A stretch of 63,604 bases of DNA, counting the filler, from Acetivibrio sp. (GTDB lineage Bacteria; Bacillota; Clostridia; Acetivibrionales; Acetivibrionaceae), in the NCBI RefSeq assembly GCF_035371925.1. It is 3 parts of 3 records of this genome, joined end to end, with 100 filler letters (N's around TTAATTAATTAA, not from the genome) between each part and the next. Parts side by side here need not be neighbours in the genome. Positions count along the whole stretch, not along the records: positions 23,373 to 45,848 come from NZ_DAORXT010000045.1; positions 45,949 to 63,604 come from NZ_DAORXT010000058.1; 1 more part is not named here. One strand, given 5' to 3'. Of this stretch, positions 37,077 through 46,001 are shown piece by piece. Positions within the stretch are counted from its first letter, which is position 1. Each line of letters opens with the position of its first letter. A program made the position numbers and the translations under genes. The notes below the pieces were generated by a model, which saw only the letters and a list, made by a program, of their open reading frames with translations, was not told the DNA's origin and searched no databases.

Positions 37077-37823
37077 ATGGATACAGTTTTTAAAAAACCA
37101 CATGCTTTAGTGGATGTATCTATGCACTATTGTCCCGGATGCACTCATGGGATAGTCCATAGACTTATAGCTGAGGTTATAGATGAGCTTGGTATCGAAG
37201 GAAAGACAATAGGTATTTCACCTGTTGGATGTACCTACAACAACTATGAATATTTTAATTGCGATATGGTTCAGGCAGCCCATGGAAGAGCTCCGGCAGT
37301 TGCGACCGGTGTAAAAAGGGTCAATCCTGACAATGTCGTATTTGCCTATCAAGGAGACGGCGATTTGGCTGCAATAGGTACGGCCGAAATTGTCCATGCA
37401 GCTACAAGGGGCGAAAAAATAACTGTTATATTTGTAAACAATGCCATATACGGAATGACATCCGGACAAATGGCTCCCACTACGTTGATTAACCAGGTTA
37501 CAACCACCACTCCTTTCGGTAGAAATCCGGAGCTTCACGGATATCCGATAAATGTTTGCGAACTTCTGTCCACTCTTGAGGGTGCAGTATATATAGAGAG
37601 GGTTTCTATGCATGACATAAAGAATATTATGAATGCAAAGAAAGCTATAAAGAAGGCATTTCAGGTTCAAATGGCAAACTTGGGCTTTTCAATAGTTGAA
37701 GTGTTATCCTCCTGTCCTACAAACTGGGGAATGAATCCTGTAGAAGCATTGAAATGGATACAGGAGAAGATGATTCCGGTTTACCCGTTGGGGAATTTTA
37801 AAGGCAAGGATTTGGAGGTGTAA
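37077..37823 (+). CDS. 2-oxoacid:ferredoxin oxidoreductase beta (TPP-binding) subunit
   Basis: [42 protein letters not shown]. Confidence 0.92.
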   Translation: MDTVFKKPHALVDVSMHYCPGCTHGIVHRLIAEVIDELGIEGKTIGISPVGCTYNNYEYFNCDMVQAAHGRAPAVATGVKRVNPDNVVFAYQGDGDLAAIGTAEIVHAATRGEKITVIFVNNAIYGMTSGQMAPTTLINQVTTTTPFGRNPELHGYPINVCELLSTLEGAVYIERVSMHDIKNIMNAKKAIKKAFQVQMANLGFSIVEVLSSCPTNWGMNPVEALKWIQEKMIPVYPLGNFKGKDLEV

Positions 37824-37828
37824 GTTTG

Positions 37829-38368
37829 ATGGCAGATCAGCAGATTATTATGGCAGGTTTTGGCGGACAAGGAATACTGTCGGCAGGAAGAATTCTTGCA
37901 TATGCGGGAATGTTGGAAAATAAAAATGTATCATGGCTTCCGTCTTATGGTCCGGAAATGAGGGGCGGTACTGCCAATTGCAATGTTATAATTTCCGACG
38001 ATGTAATCGGTTCTCCCATTTTAAATACTGCTACAACTTTGATAGTTATGAACGGTCCATCCCTTGACAAGTTTGAAAAGACGGTGGAGAGCGGAGGAAT
38101 AATTATTAAAGACAGCTCCTTAGTTCAAAGGGAACCGGAAAGGCAGGACGTAAAGGTTTACGGTGTACCTGCCACCGAGACAGCTTTTAAGATGGGAAAT
38201 CCTACTTTTGCAAATATAATTCTTTTAGGAAAGCTAATTGCCCTGACCAACATAGTGTCCAAGGAGAACTTTGAAGTTGCTCTGAAGAAAACGCTGCCCG
38301 CTAAAAAACACAACTTGATTCCCGAAGAGATGAAAGCCCTTGAGTTTGGCATGCAGTATGAATGTTAA
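37829..38368 (+). CDS. 2-oxoacid:ferredoxin oxidoreductase gamma subunit
   Basis: AGFGGQG, PSYGPEMRGGTANC, ANIILLG. Confidence 0.92.
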   Translation: MADQQIIMAGFGGQGILSAGRILAYAGMLENKNVSWLPSYGPEMRGGTANCNVIISDDVIGSPILNTATTLIVMNGPSLDKFEKTVESGGIIIKDSSLVQREPERQDVKVYGVPATETAFKMGNPTFANIILLGKLIALTNIVSKENFEVALKKTLPAKKHNLIPEEMKALEFGMQYEC

Positions 38369-38423
38369 CGGTATTTTTCTAAATAGCTACGTGAATAATT
38401 TTATAAAATTTGAAACTGTTCAC

Positions 38424-38454
38424 AAAAAGCCCCCTTATAAAAGGAGGGCTTTTT
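38424..38454. terminator. Bidirectional terminator
   Basis: AAAAAGCCC...GGGCTTTTT between convergent genes. Confidence 0.75.
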
Positions 38455-38477
38455 AGTATTATTTTAAAATTTGTGTT

Positions 38478-40595
38478 TTACACGTTAAAGAGAAGCTCGC
38501 CGTATGTCGGGAACGGCCACATTTTTGCATCAACCAGTGTTTCAAGTTTGTCGGCTACGGCACGCAGCTCATTCATTTTGGAAATCACATCATCTCTGTA
38601 CATGCAGGATTTTTTGAATGTATCCCCGGTAAAATGTGCTGCCTTGCCGGTTGCTTCTTCAAGAGCAATCAAATTCTTTTTGAGGGTGGAGAGTAGTAGG
38701 GACACTTCCTGTAAAAGCTCTGCCTGGACACTGGTATCGGCGTTAACTCCAGATGATTTAACAGAGTTTATCGAATCGGCAAGCTTTGTAATATAGGCTA
38801 TAACAGCGGGTATAATATCCCGTTTGGTCATTTCTATCATGGTTAATGCCTCGATATTAATTGTTTTAATATAGTTTTCAAGGAATATTTCGTATCTGGA
38901 GTGCAGCTCCGTACTATTTAAAACTTTATGTTTTTCAAATACACGAATACTCTTTTCGTCAATTAGTGCTTTTGTTGCCTCAACAGTTGAACGTATATTT
39001 GGAAGGCCTCTTCTTTTTGCTTCTTTAATCCACTCATCGGAGTAATTGTTGCCGTTGAATATTATTCTTTTGTGGTTTTGAACTATTTCCTTCAAAACCG
39101 CATGAATCTCAGCATTCAAATCTTCTGCTTTTTCAAGTCTGTCCGCTATTTGGCAGAGTTCCTCGGCAACTATGGTGTTGAGTACAAAAACGGGGCCTGC
39201 GATTGAAGCGGATGAAGGAACCATTCTAAACTCAAACTTGTTTCCGGTAAATGCAAAAGGAGAAGTTCTGTTTCTGTCGGTAGCATCTTTAGGCAGAACC
39301 GGAAGCGTTGTTACGCCGATTTTTATGGGTTTGGCCTCTTTTAAAGTTTTTGCTCCTCCGGTATTTTCAATCTGTTCAAGAATATCCGTAAGCTGTTCGC
39401 CCAGGAATATTGATATAATTGCAGGAGGTGCTTCATTAGCGCCTAAACGGTGGTCATTGCCCGCATTTGAAGCAGCGCACCTCAAAAGCTCCGGATACTC
39501 ATCCACAGCCTTTATTACTGCACATAAGAATATGAGGAACTGTGCATTTTCGTGAGGTGTATGGCCGGGATCCAATAGGTTTTGACCGTCATCGGTACTC
39601 ATGGACCAGTTGTTGTGCTTACCGGAACCATTAAGTCCCGCAAAAGGCTTTTCATGAAGAAGGCAAACAAAGCCGTGTCTTTGGGCAACTTTTTTAAGGA
39701 CATCCATTATCAGCTGGTTGTGGTCGGTGGCAATATTTGCCGTATGGAAGATCGGGGCAATCTCATGCTGTGCAGGAGCCACCTCGTTGTGCTTTGTTTT
39801 TGCCGAAACTCCCAGTTTCCAGAGCTCCCGGTCCAATTCCTTCATAAATGCCGAGACTCTTTCTTTTAAAGTTCCGTAATAGTGGTCTTCCATTTCCTGT
39901 CCTTTTGGAGGCATTGCACCAAAAAGGGTTCGACCTGTATAGATAAGGTCTTTACGGCGGTCATGGAGTGTTTTGTCAATCAGAAAGTATTCCTGCTCGG
40001 CGCCAACTGTAGTAATTACTTTTTTGGCGGTGGTATTTCCGAGAAGTCTAAGTATTCGAAGAGCTTGTTTTGACAGTGCTTCCATAGAACGAAGAAGAGG
40101 AGTTTTTTTGTCCAATACTTCGCCGTTATATGAGCAGAAAATTGTCGGAATATAAAGAGTGTTATCCTTTACAAAAGCCGGTGATGTACAATCCCATGCA
40201 GTATATCCTCTTGCTTCGAAGGTTGCTCTCAAGCCCCCGGAAGGAAAGGATGAAGCGTCCGATTCGCCTTTTATAAGCTCTTTTCCTGAGAATTCCATTA
40301 TAACTTTTCCGTCCGATGTAGGGGAAATGAAGGAATCGTGTTTTTCGGCTGTGATTCCGGTCATGGGCTGAAACCAGTGGGTATAATGGGTTGCACCTTT
40401 GTCGATTGCCCAGTCTTTCATTGCGTTTGCAACTACTTCTGCTATATCCCGATCCAAAGGAGTACCTTCATCTATGGTTTTCTTTAATGCTTTGTATGCA
40501 AGTTTGGGAAGGCGTTCTCTCATTGCAGCATCATTAAACACATTTGAACCGAAAACCTCTGTTAATGAATATGTCTGTAATTCATCATTAACCAT
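38478..40595 (-). CDS. glnN: Glutamine synthetase type III
   Basis: 705 aa; THYTHWFQP, DASSFPSGGLRATFEARGY, HNEVAP, LLHEKPF, NGSGKHNNWS, HRLGANEAPP, DRNRTSPFAFTGNKFEFR. Confidence 0.95.
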   Translation of the reverse strand: MVNDELQTYSLTEVFGSNVFNDAAMRERLPKLAYKALKKTIDEGTPLDRDIAEVVANAMKDWAIDKGATHYTHWFQPMTGITAEKHDSFISPTSDGKVIMEFSGKELIKGESDASSFPSGGLRATFEARGYTAWDCTSPAFVKDNTLYIPTIFCSYNGEVLDKKTPLLRSMEALSKQALRILRLLGNTTAKKVITTVGAEQEYFLIDKTLHDRRKDLIYTGRTLFGAMPPKGQEMEDHYYGTLKERVSAFMKELDRELWKLGVSAKTKHNEVAPAQHEIAPIFHTANIATDHNQLIMDVLKKVAQRHGFVCLLHEKPFAGLNGSGKHNNWSMSTDDGQNLLDPGHTPHENAQFLIFLCAVIKAVDEYPELLRCAASNAGNDHRLGANEAPPAIISIFLGEQLTDILEQIENTGGAKTLKEAKPIKIGVTTLPVLPKDATDRNRTSPFAFTGNKFEFRMVPSSASIAGPVFVLNTIVAEELCQIADRLEKAEDLNAEIHAVLKEIVQNHKRIIFNGNNYSDEWIKEAKRRGLPNIRSTVEATKALIDEKSIRVFEKHKVLNSTELHSRYEIFLENYIKTINIEALTMIEMTKRDIIPAVIAYITKLADSINSVKSSGVNADTSVQAELLQEVSLLLSTLKKNLIALEEATGKAAHFTGDTFKKSCMYRDDVISKMNELRAVADKLETLVDAKMWPFPTYGELLFNV

Positions 40596-40662
40596 TAATA
40601 AAAACCCCTTTCAATATATAGATAAAAACAAATTACCAAAAACTGTAATGTTCGTTTATAAG

Positions 40663-40701
40663 AAAAAGGCGCATCAAAAGAATCATGAAACGCCTTTTTT
40701 T
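40663..40701 (-). terminator. Leader terminator upstream of glnN
   Basis: Minus strand AAAAAGGCG...CGCCTTTTT hairpin with U tract about 70 nt before the start codon. Confidence 0.6.
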
Positions 40702-40826
40702 GTCATTGCTTAATATTCATTGACATTAACAAAAAGACAATTTTTTATTACCAATAACTCATTTTTATTATAAATATATAATAATGGGTTTTAATAAAAA
40801 TTGCAAGCTTGTTATAAAAAAATCAT

Positions 40827-41147
40827 TTAAATATATGCATGATCCAATACCCTATGAGAGATGTACTCAATATTTTCATCTGTATAGTTCCTGTATATAT
40901 GTTCGTGATTTGAAGATAATTCAAGTATACCTTCCATTCTGTGAATATGACCGTTTTCGGTTTTGATGGGAAGGCCGGTGAATCCTGAAAAATAATGGGT
41001 ATGCCCGTTGTACGACGAAATACCGTAATATGCATGAATGTGAAATACTTCTATGCCAATCATATTATCCGTGTATCCTATTATTCTATGATTATGCCTG
41101 TTGGCGGCCTTTGATTCAAACTTATACCTGTGTATGTGAGGATACAT
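40827..41147 (-). CDS. His-rich YmaF-family protein
   Basis: Repeated HxH motifs (HIH, HNH, HTH, HEH); RBS AGGAGG. Confidence 0.7.
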   Translation of the reverse strand: MYPHIHRYKFESKAANRHNHRIIGYTDNMIGIEVFHIHAYYGISSYNGHTHYFSGFTGLPIKTENGHIHRMEGILELSSNHEHIYRNYTDENIEYISHRVLDHAYI

Positions 41148-41340
41148 GAATATGCCTCCTTAAATTCAAACTTTAGCTAAATTCCAAGACTTCTAAATAT
41201 AATTTATACAAAGCAGTTAAATTTATTATTCCAATTTATGCAATGCAAATTAAGCACAAATATAAAACTGCTCTAAAAGAAACGTGTTGTTCTTAAAGAG
41301 CAGCTAAAAAATTTTATAGATTGTCAAATTGCTTTAAATT

Positions 41341-42486
41341 TTAGTTCTGGGCTTTGTTATTGCTGTTATTATTATCATTTTCGTTTTCAATTACAATATA
41401 GTATCTTTGGTTCATGTATTTGTCTTTTCCGGTGACTGTATAGGTTTCAATAGGATATTTATATATAATTACATCCTTTGCATAACCTATGTATGAAGTT
41501 AAAACATCACCGACTCCTATGCTGTGTTTCATATATTTGTTTAACGTCGAAATGAGACTTGGAAGCTTGTCGATATTGGCTAATGTCCCATGCTGTTCAA
41601 TGAATGCCTTGATAAAGTTGATCTGATTCTTCTTTCTTTCATAGTCTCCGATAGAATGAGTAATGTTTCCCATTTCGTCGTTGCTTTGTCTGTAGCGGAC
41701 AAAACCTTCGGCTTTTCTGCCGTCAAGGCGGTTCCATCCTTTGTCTATATGAATGTAAAGATCTTGGTATATATCATCATAATGCATGTCATAGGGAACG
41801 TAGATGTCAACTCCTCCAAAAAGGTCTACAATTTGAACGAAACCTTCGGGGTTTACTCTGACATAGTCATGAATTTCAATATCAAAAATTTCTTTAATCA
41901 GGCCGGACAAAAAATTCATTGAGTATGCGCCGAATTTTCCCTCATATTTCATGAATGGACCTATGTTATGGGCACAATTAATCTTATAAAAGTCCGGGTC
42001 GTTTAGCCTGTTGTTGGCCTCCAAATAGCGTTTGACTCTAGGGCTGTAGTCAATGTAGAGGTCACGGGGAATCATTATTATTTTCAGCTTTTGATTTTTT
42101 TTATCGATACTTAATATGCCTATGGTATCATACAAACCTGTTAATTTATCCTGACCGATAAACAATATATTCCTGCTTTTTTCATCCACTAATTTTTCGG
42201 GATATTTCATACCGTTTGTAAGACCTTGAAACATGTCATCGATTTGACCGGAAGGTGTAGCGTTATAGTTTTTGCCGGGTGTCGCATAAGAAATGGGTTC
42301 ATAGCTTTTGACAGGAGGATATAATATATCGTTGTCTACCTCTGAACTGTCATTACCGTCACTTAAAACAAATTTTCCCAAAAGAAATACCATTCCCCCT
42401 AAAACAAACAAACTGCTCATCCAAATAAGCAGGGCTCTTTTAAAAGTCAAGTTTTTTTTCTTTGAAAAAATTTTTTTTTGACCCAT
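41341..42486 (-). CDS. LytR-CpsA-Psr (LCP) family protein
   Basis: N-terminal TM, NILFIG, IPRDLY, KINCAH, GGVDI, FVRYR, ERKKNQ. Confidence 0.88.
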   Translation of the reverse strand: MGQKKIFSKKKNLTFKRALLIWMSSLFVLGGMVFLLGKFVLSDGNDSSEVDNDILYPPVKSYEPISYATPGKNYNATPSGQIDDMFQGLTNGMKYPEKLVDEKSRNILFIGQDKLTGLYDTIGILSIDKKNQKLKIIMIPRDLYIDYSPRVKRYLEANNRLNDPDFYKINCAHNIGPFMKYEGKFGAYSMNFLSGLIKEIFDIEIHDYVRVNPEGFVQIVDLFGGVDIYVPYDMHYDDIYQDLYIHIDKGWNRLDGRKAEGFVRYRQSNDEMGNITHSIGDYERKKNQINFIKAFIEQHGTLANIDKLPSLISTLNKYMKHSIGVGDVLTSYIGYAKDVIIYKYPIETYTVTGKDKYMNQRYYIVIENENDNNNSNNKAQN

Positions 42487-42770
42487 TTACAAAAACTCCT
42501 TAACAATCGATTGTGTTTACAGTTTTGGTAATGAATTATCTGATCTAATTTTGTTTTAACATACTTTTAATTGTAACATATAATTGAATGTTTAGGGATA
42601 AAAATTTTAATTTTTAGGCAGATTTAAAAGAATTGTAATATTTACGTGACTCGAATGTAAAACATTGCAAATAAATGTTTGTCGAATTCAAAAAAGCTGT
42701 TTTATTTTTGCATGTTGTGGTAAAATTGGTGGTGGCAAGTACTAATTTTATTTTATCAGGGAGGTACCAA

Positions 42771-43364
42771 ATGAAGAGTCTTAAAAACACAAAAACAATG
42801 GAAAATCTTATGAAAGCATTTGCCGGGGAATCCCAGGCGCGCACAAGGTACAACTTCTATGCTTCAGTTGCCAATAAGGAAGGTTATAAGCAAATTGAAG
42901 CTATTTTTGTTGAGACTGCCGATAACGAAAAGGAACATGCAAAAAGATTTTACAAATTTCTTCTCGAAGGTTTGAATGGTGAACTACCTGCTTCAATTAT
43001 GATAAATGCAGATTATCCTGTAGCCCAGGGGACAACTCTAGAAAACCTAAAGGCAGCCGCAGACGGGGAAAATGAAGAATGGACAAAGCTTTATCCGGAA
43101 TTTGCAAAGATTGCTAAAGAGGAAGGTTTTGATGAAATAGCGGCAGCTTTCACGAAGATAGCTGAAGTTGAACAAAGGCATGAAGCAAGATACAAGAAGC
43201 TGGCGGAAAATATTGAGAATAACAAGGTGTTTAATAAAGACGAAAAAGTTTTGTGGAAATGCAGAAACTGCGGTTATGTACATGAAGGAAACAGCGCACC
43301 AGAAAAGTGTCCGGCATGTGCTCATCCGAAAGCGTTTTTTGAATTATTGGCTGAAAATTATTAA
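42771..43364 (+). CDS. rbr: Rubrerythrin
   Basis: [19 protein letters not shown]-terminal CRNC...CPAC; RBS GGGAGG. Confidence 0.95.
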   Translation: MKSLKNTKTMENLMKAFAGESQARTRYNFYASVANKEGYKQIEAIFVETADNEKEHAKRFYKFLLEGLNGELPASIMINADYPVAQGTTLENLKAAADGENEEWTKLYPEFAKIAKEEGFDEIAAAFTKIAEVEQRHEARYKKLAENIENNKVFNKDEKVLWKCRNCGYVHEGNSAPEKCPACAHPKAFFELLAENY

Positions 43365-43383
43365 TAAAATAATTTATTGTTAT

Positions 43384-43430
43384 AAAAAAAGAAGCAAATC
43401 CGGGCATTTTCCAGGATTTACTTCTTTTTT
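43384..43430. terminator. Bidirectional terminator after rbr
   Basis: AAAAAAGAAG(C)AAATCC / GGATTT(A)CTTCTTTTTT. Confidence 0.7.
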
Positions 43431-43460
43431 ATTTCTGTAGTTTAAAATACCAGCCCCAAT

Positions 43461-43985
43461 TTACCACCGGCCTCTTCTAAGGGATTTGGGCTTTGATAAA
43501 ATCTCCGATAGAATTATTCCTCGAAGGATGTCGTTCTCACTAATTTCGGAAAAGTCGAAATTAGTATTGTCTGAAGATGTAGATGCAGGTTGATAAGACT
43601 TCTTTGTTGCCAAGGTTCTTGCTTTTAAGGTTCTATCATTACCTTTGTAGCGCAAAGAGCCTTCCGAACCATGACTGTTTTCAGAACTCGGTTCGCCCTC
43701 GGGACTAATGTAGTCTAAAGAGCCTTGACCTACTCCTTCAGAGCTAAAACTGCCTTCAAAGTTTGGACTGCTTTCAAAACCGTAATTTTTTTCTGAAACA
43801 GGTCTGCCATTTGGTCTTGGCCTTCCTCCGGTACCTAAATTGTTGGAAGTTCTTTGATTGGGCCTAGTCGCATATCTGTTGGGATTTTGATTTGTTGTAT
43901 GGTATTGCGGCGTATTACCGTTATTCTGATTTTTAGATGCTTCTGCAATTGCTTCTAACATACTTAATAATAAATCTTTACTCAT
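43461..43985 (-). CDS. Low-complexity hypothetical protein downstream of floA
   Basis: N/S/G-rich body with C-terminal LRGIILSEILSKPKSLR; lies directly after floA. Confidence 0.7.
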   Translation of the reverse strand: MSKDLLLSMLEAIAEASKNQNNGNTPQYHTTNQNPNRYATRPNQRTSNNLGTGGRPRPNGRPVSEKNYGFESSPNFEGSFSSEGVGQGSLDYISPEGEPSSENSHGSEGSLRYKGNDRTLKARTLATKKSYQPASTSSDNTNFDFSEISENDILRGIILSEILSKPKSLRRGRW

Positions 43986-44032
43986 ATTAAAACAGCTCCT
44001 TTTTTATTGAGCCTAAGAAGGCAAGACAGAGA

Positions 44033-45034
44033 TTAAACATCGTTTTGCTTCTTTATAGACGGAGAATCGTCATGCTTACTCATTTTCGATATGCTGTCCC
44101 TCATTTGGGTGTCTGCTATCAGGTTTTGCAAATTGTAGTAGTCGAGGACACCTATTTTTCCTTCACGAAGAGCTGAAGCCAATGCTTTAGGTACTTCCGC
44201 TTCAGCTTCTACAACTTTTGCTCTCATTTCCTGTACCATTGCCTTCATTTCCTGCTCCCTTGCAACAGCCATGGCTCTTCTTTCCTCAGCTTTTGCCTGG
44301 GCAATGCGTTTGTCCGCTTCTGCCTGGTCTGTCTGGAGCTGGGCACCTATATTTCTTCCCACATCAATATCTGCAATATCGATAGAGAGTATTTCAAAGG
44401 CGGTACCTGAGTCAAGACCTTTACTTAACACAGTTTTGGATATGGCGTCAGGATTTTCGAGAACCTGCTTGTGATCTAAGGCAGAACCAACTGTGGTAAC
44501 AACACCTTCACCTACACGGGCAATAATGGTTTGTTCGCCGGCACCTCCGACGAGACGGTCAATATTTGCCCTAACAGTAACTCTTGCTTTTGCCCGAAGC
44601 TCAATACCGTCTTTTGCTATCGCTGCTACAACCGGTGTTTCAATTACTTTTGGATTAACACTCATTTGGACAGCCTCAAGAACATTTCTTCCTGCAAGGT
44701 CAATTGCAGCAGCTCTTTCAAATTCCAAAGGAATATTGGCTCTTTGAGCGGCAATAAGAGCGTTTACAACTCTGTCCACGTTACCGCCGGCAAGATAGTG
44801 GGCTTCAAGCTTGTTGATCGACACATTGATACCTGCTTTTGTTGCTTTGATGAGTGGATTTATAACCCTTGAAGGCACAACTCTCCTAAGACGCATTCCT
44901 ACGAGAGTGAATATGCTGACTCTGACGTTTGCGGCAAATGCAGAAATCCAAAGACCTACTGGAAAAACTGCAAAGAATAGCGAGATAAATAAAATTATGG
45001 CCCCTACAATAAGAATAAAAGCTATACTATCCAT
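44033..45034 (-). CDS. floA: Flotillin-like protein FloA (YqfA)
   Basis: [45 protein letters not shown]. Confidence 0.95.
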   Translation of the reverse strand: MDSIAFILIVGAIILFISLFFAVFPVGLWISAFAANVRVSIFTLVGMRLRRVVPSRVINPLIKATKAGINVSINKLEAHYLAGGNVDRVVNALIAAQRANIPLEFERAAAIDLAGRNVLEAVQMSVNPKVIETPVVAAIAKDGIELRAKARVTVRANIDRLVGGAGEQTIIARVGEGVVTTVGSALDHKQVLENPDAISKTVLSKGLDSGTAFEILSIDIADIDVGRNIGAQLQTDQAEADKRIAQAKAEERRAMAVAREQEMKAMVQEMRAKVVEAEAEVPKALASALREGKIGVLDYYNLQNLIADTQMRDSISKMSKHDDSPSIKKQNDV

Positions 45035-45123
45035 AACAAAACTCTCCCTTCATCTTTTATGATAATATTATTACATTATATAACCCTAAGGGCTATATAG
45101 CAAGTAAAAACCGGATTAATACA

Positions 45124-45615
45124 CTAATCGATTTTTCTTACCACGATACGGCGACCTTCGACCTTGATAATTTTTACTTTTGAATCCTTTTCAATCATGT
45201 CAAACTCTGAAACAACATCAAGTTTTACTCCGTCGAACTCTGCAGTACCGGACGGGCGCAGGGGTGTTAAAGCCACACCCTCTTTGTCAAGAAAAGGTGA
45301 AAAGTCTTCGGTTCCTTCAAATCCGCTTTGCTTTTCCAGGGAATCTGTGAGTACCAGTTTTGAAAGCCGCCCTTTAGAGGCTGAGCGAAGTATTATTGCA
45401 AGGGCAATGCCCAGCACAACAAGTATTATTGCCAGAAGCACAAGAACATCCGTGAGTGTTTTAGCAGTTAACACAACACCTGCAAAGAGAAGAATCAAAC
45501 CTGCAATACCCGGAAAACCAAAACCGGGGAAGAACATTTCGATTATCACAAAGGTAAAACCGAGTATAAAGCAGATTGCTGCCCAGATATCGATGTTGTA
45601 AATGAAATCAAACAA
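45124..45615 (-). CDS. Short NfeD family protein
   Basis: EMFFPGFG TM region; GVALTPLRPSG...DVVS OB fold; TTG 45615 chosen, start uncertain. Confidence 0.82.
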   Translation of the reverse strand: MFDFIYNIDIWAAICFILGFTFVIIEMFFPGFGFPGIAGLILLFAGVVLTAKTLTDVLVLLAIILVVLGIALAIILRSASKGRLSKLVLTDSLEKQSGFEGTEDFSPFLDKEGVALTPLRPSGTAEFDGVKLDVVSEFDMIEKDSKVKIIKVEGRRIVVRKID

Positions 45616-45848
45616 TTGGAAAACCCCCTTCCGTTTAATTGAAAATTTTGCATCTTGGGATTGAACTTTGTAATACCGGAAATCCAAATTGCGGCGACGG
45701 TTTTGATGATATTAAACACTCTTAATAAGCTATACAGTTTATATTATATACTATCATATGCATTTATCACAATCAAATTTTGGTGGTTTCCTTTTATTTT
45801 TAAATTGCAAGTTTAATTGCCTTACAAAATCTTACAGAACCCTGTTTT

Positions 45849-45948
45849 NNNNNNNNNNNNNNNNNNNNNNNNNNNNNNNNNNNNNNNNNNNNTTAATTAA
45901 TTAANNNNNNNNNNNNNNNNNNNNNNNNNNNNNNNNNNNNNNNNNNNN
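45849..45948. other. Artificial contig join
   Basis: N44-TTAATTAATTAA-N44. Confidence 0.97.
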
Positions 45949-46001
45949 GAATCTAACTTAGAAAAGCTGAAAAATTGTCTTGACAATGGGGGGCATTATA
46001 C

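Noticed and set aside
45980..46001. TTGACA...TATACA as promoter for the PPDK_N-like gene
   Set aside because: The spacer is about 11 nt, far from 16-18; the sequence next to the gap may be an IS end, but I could not support that.
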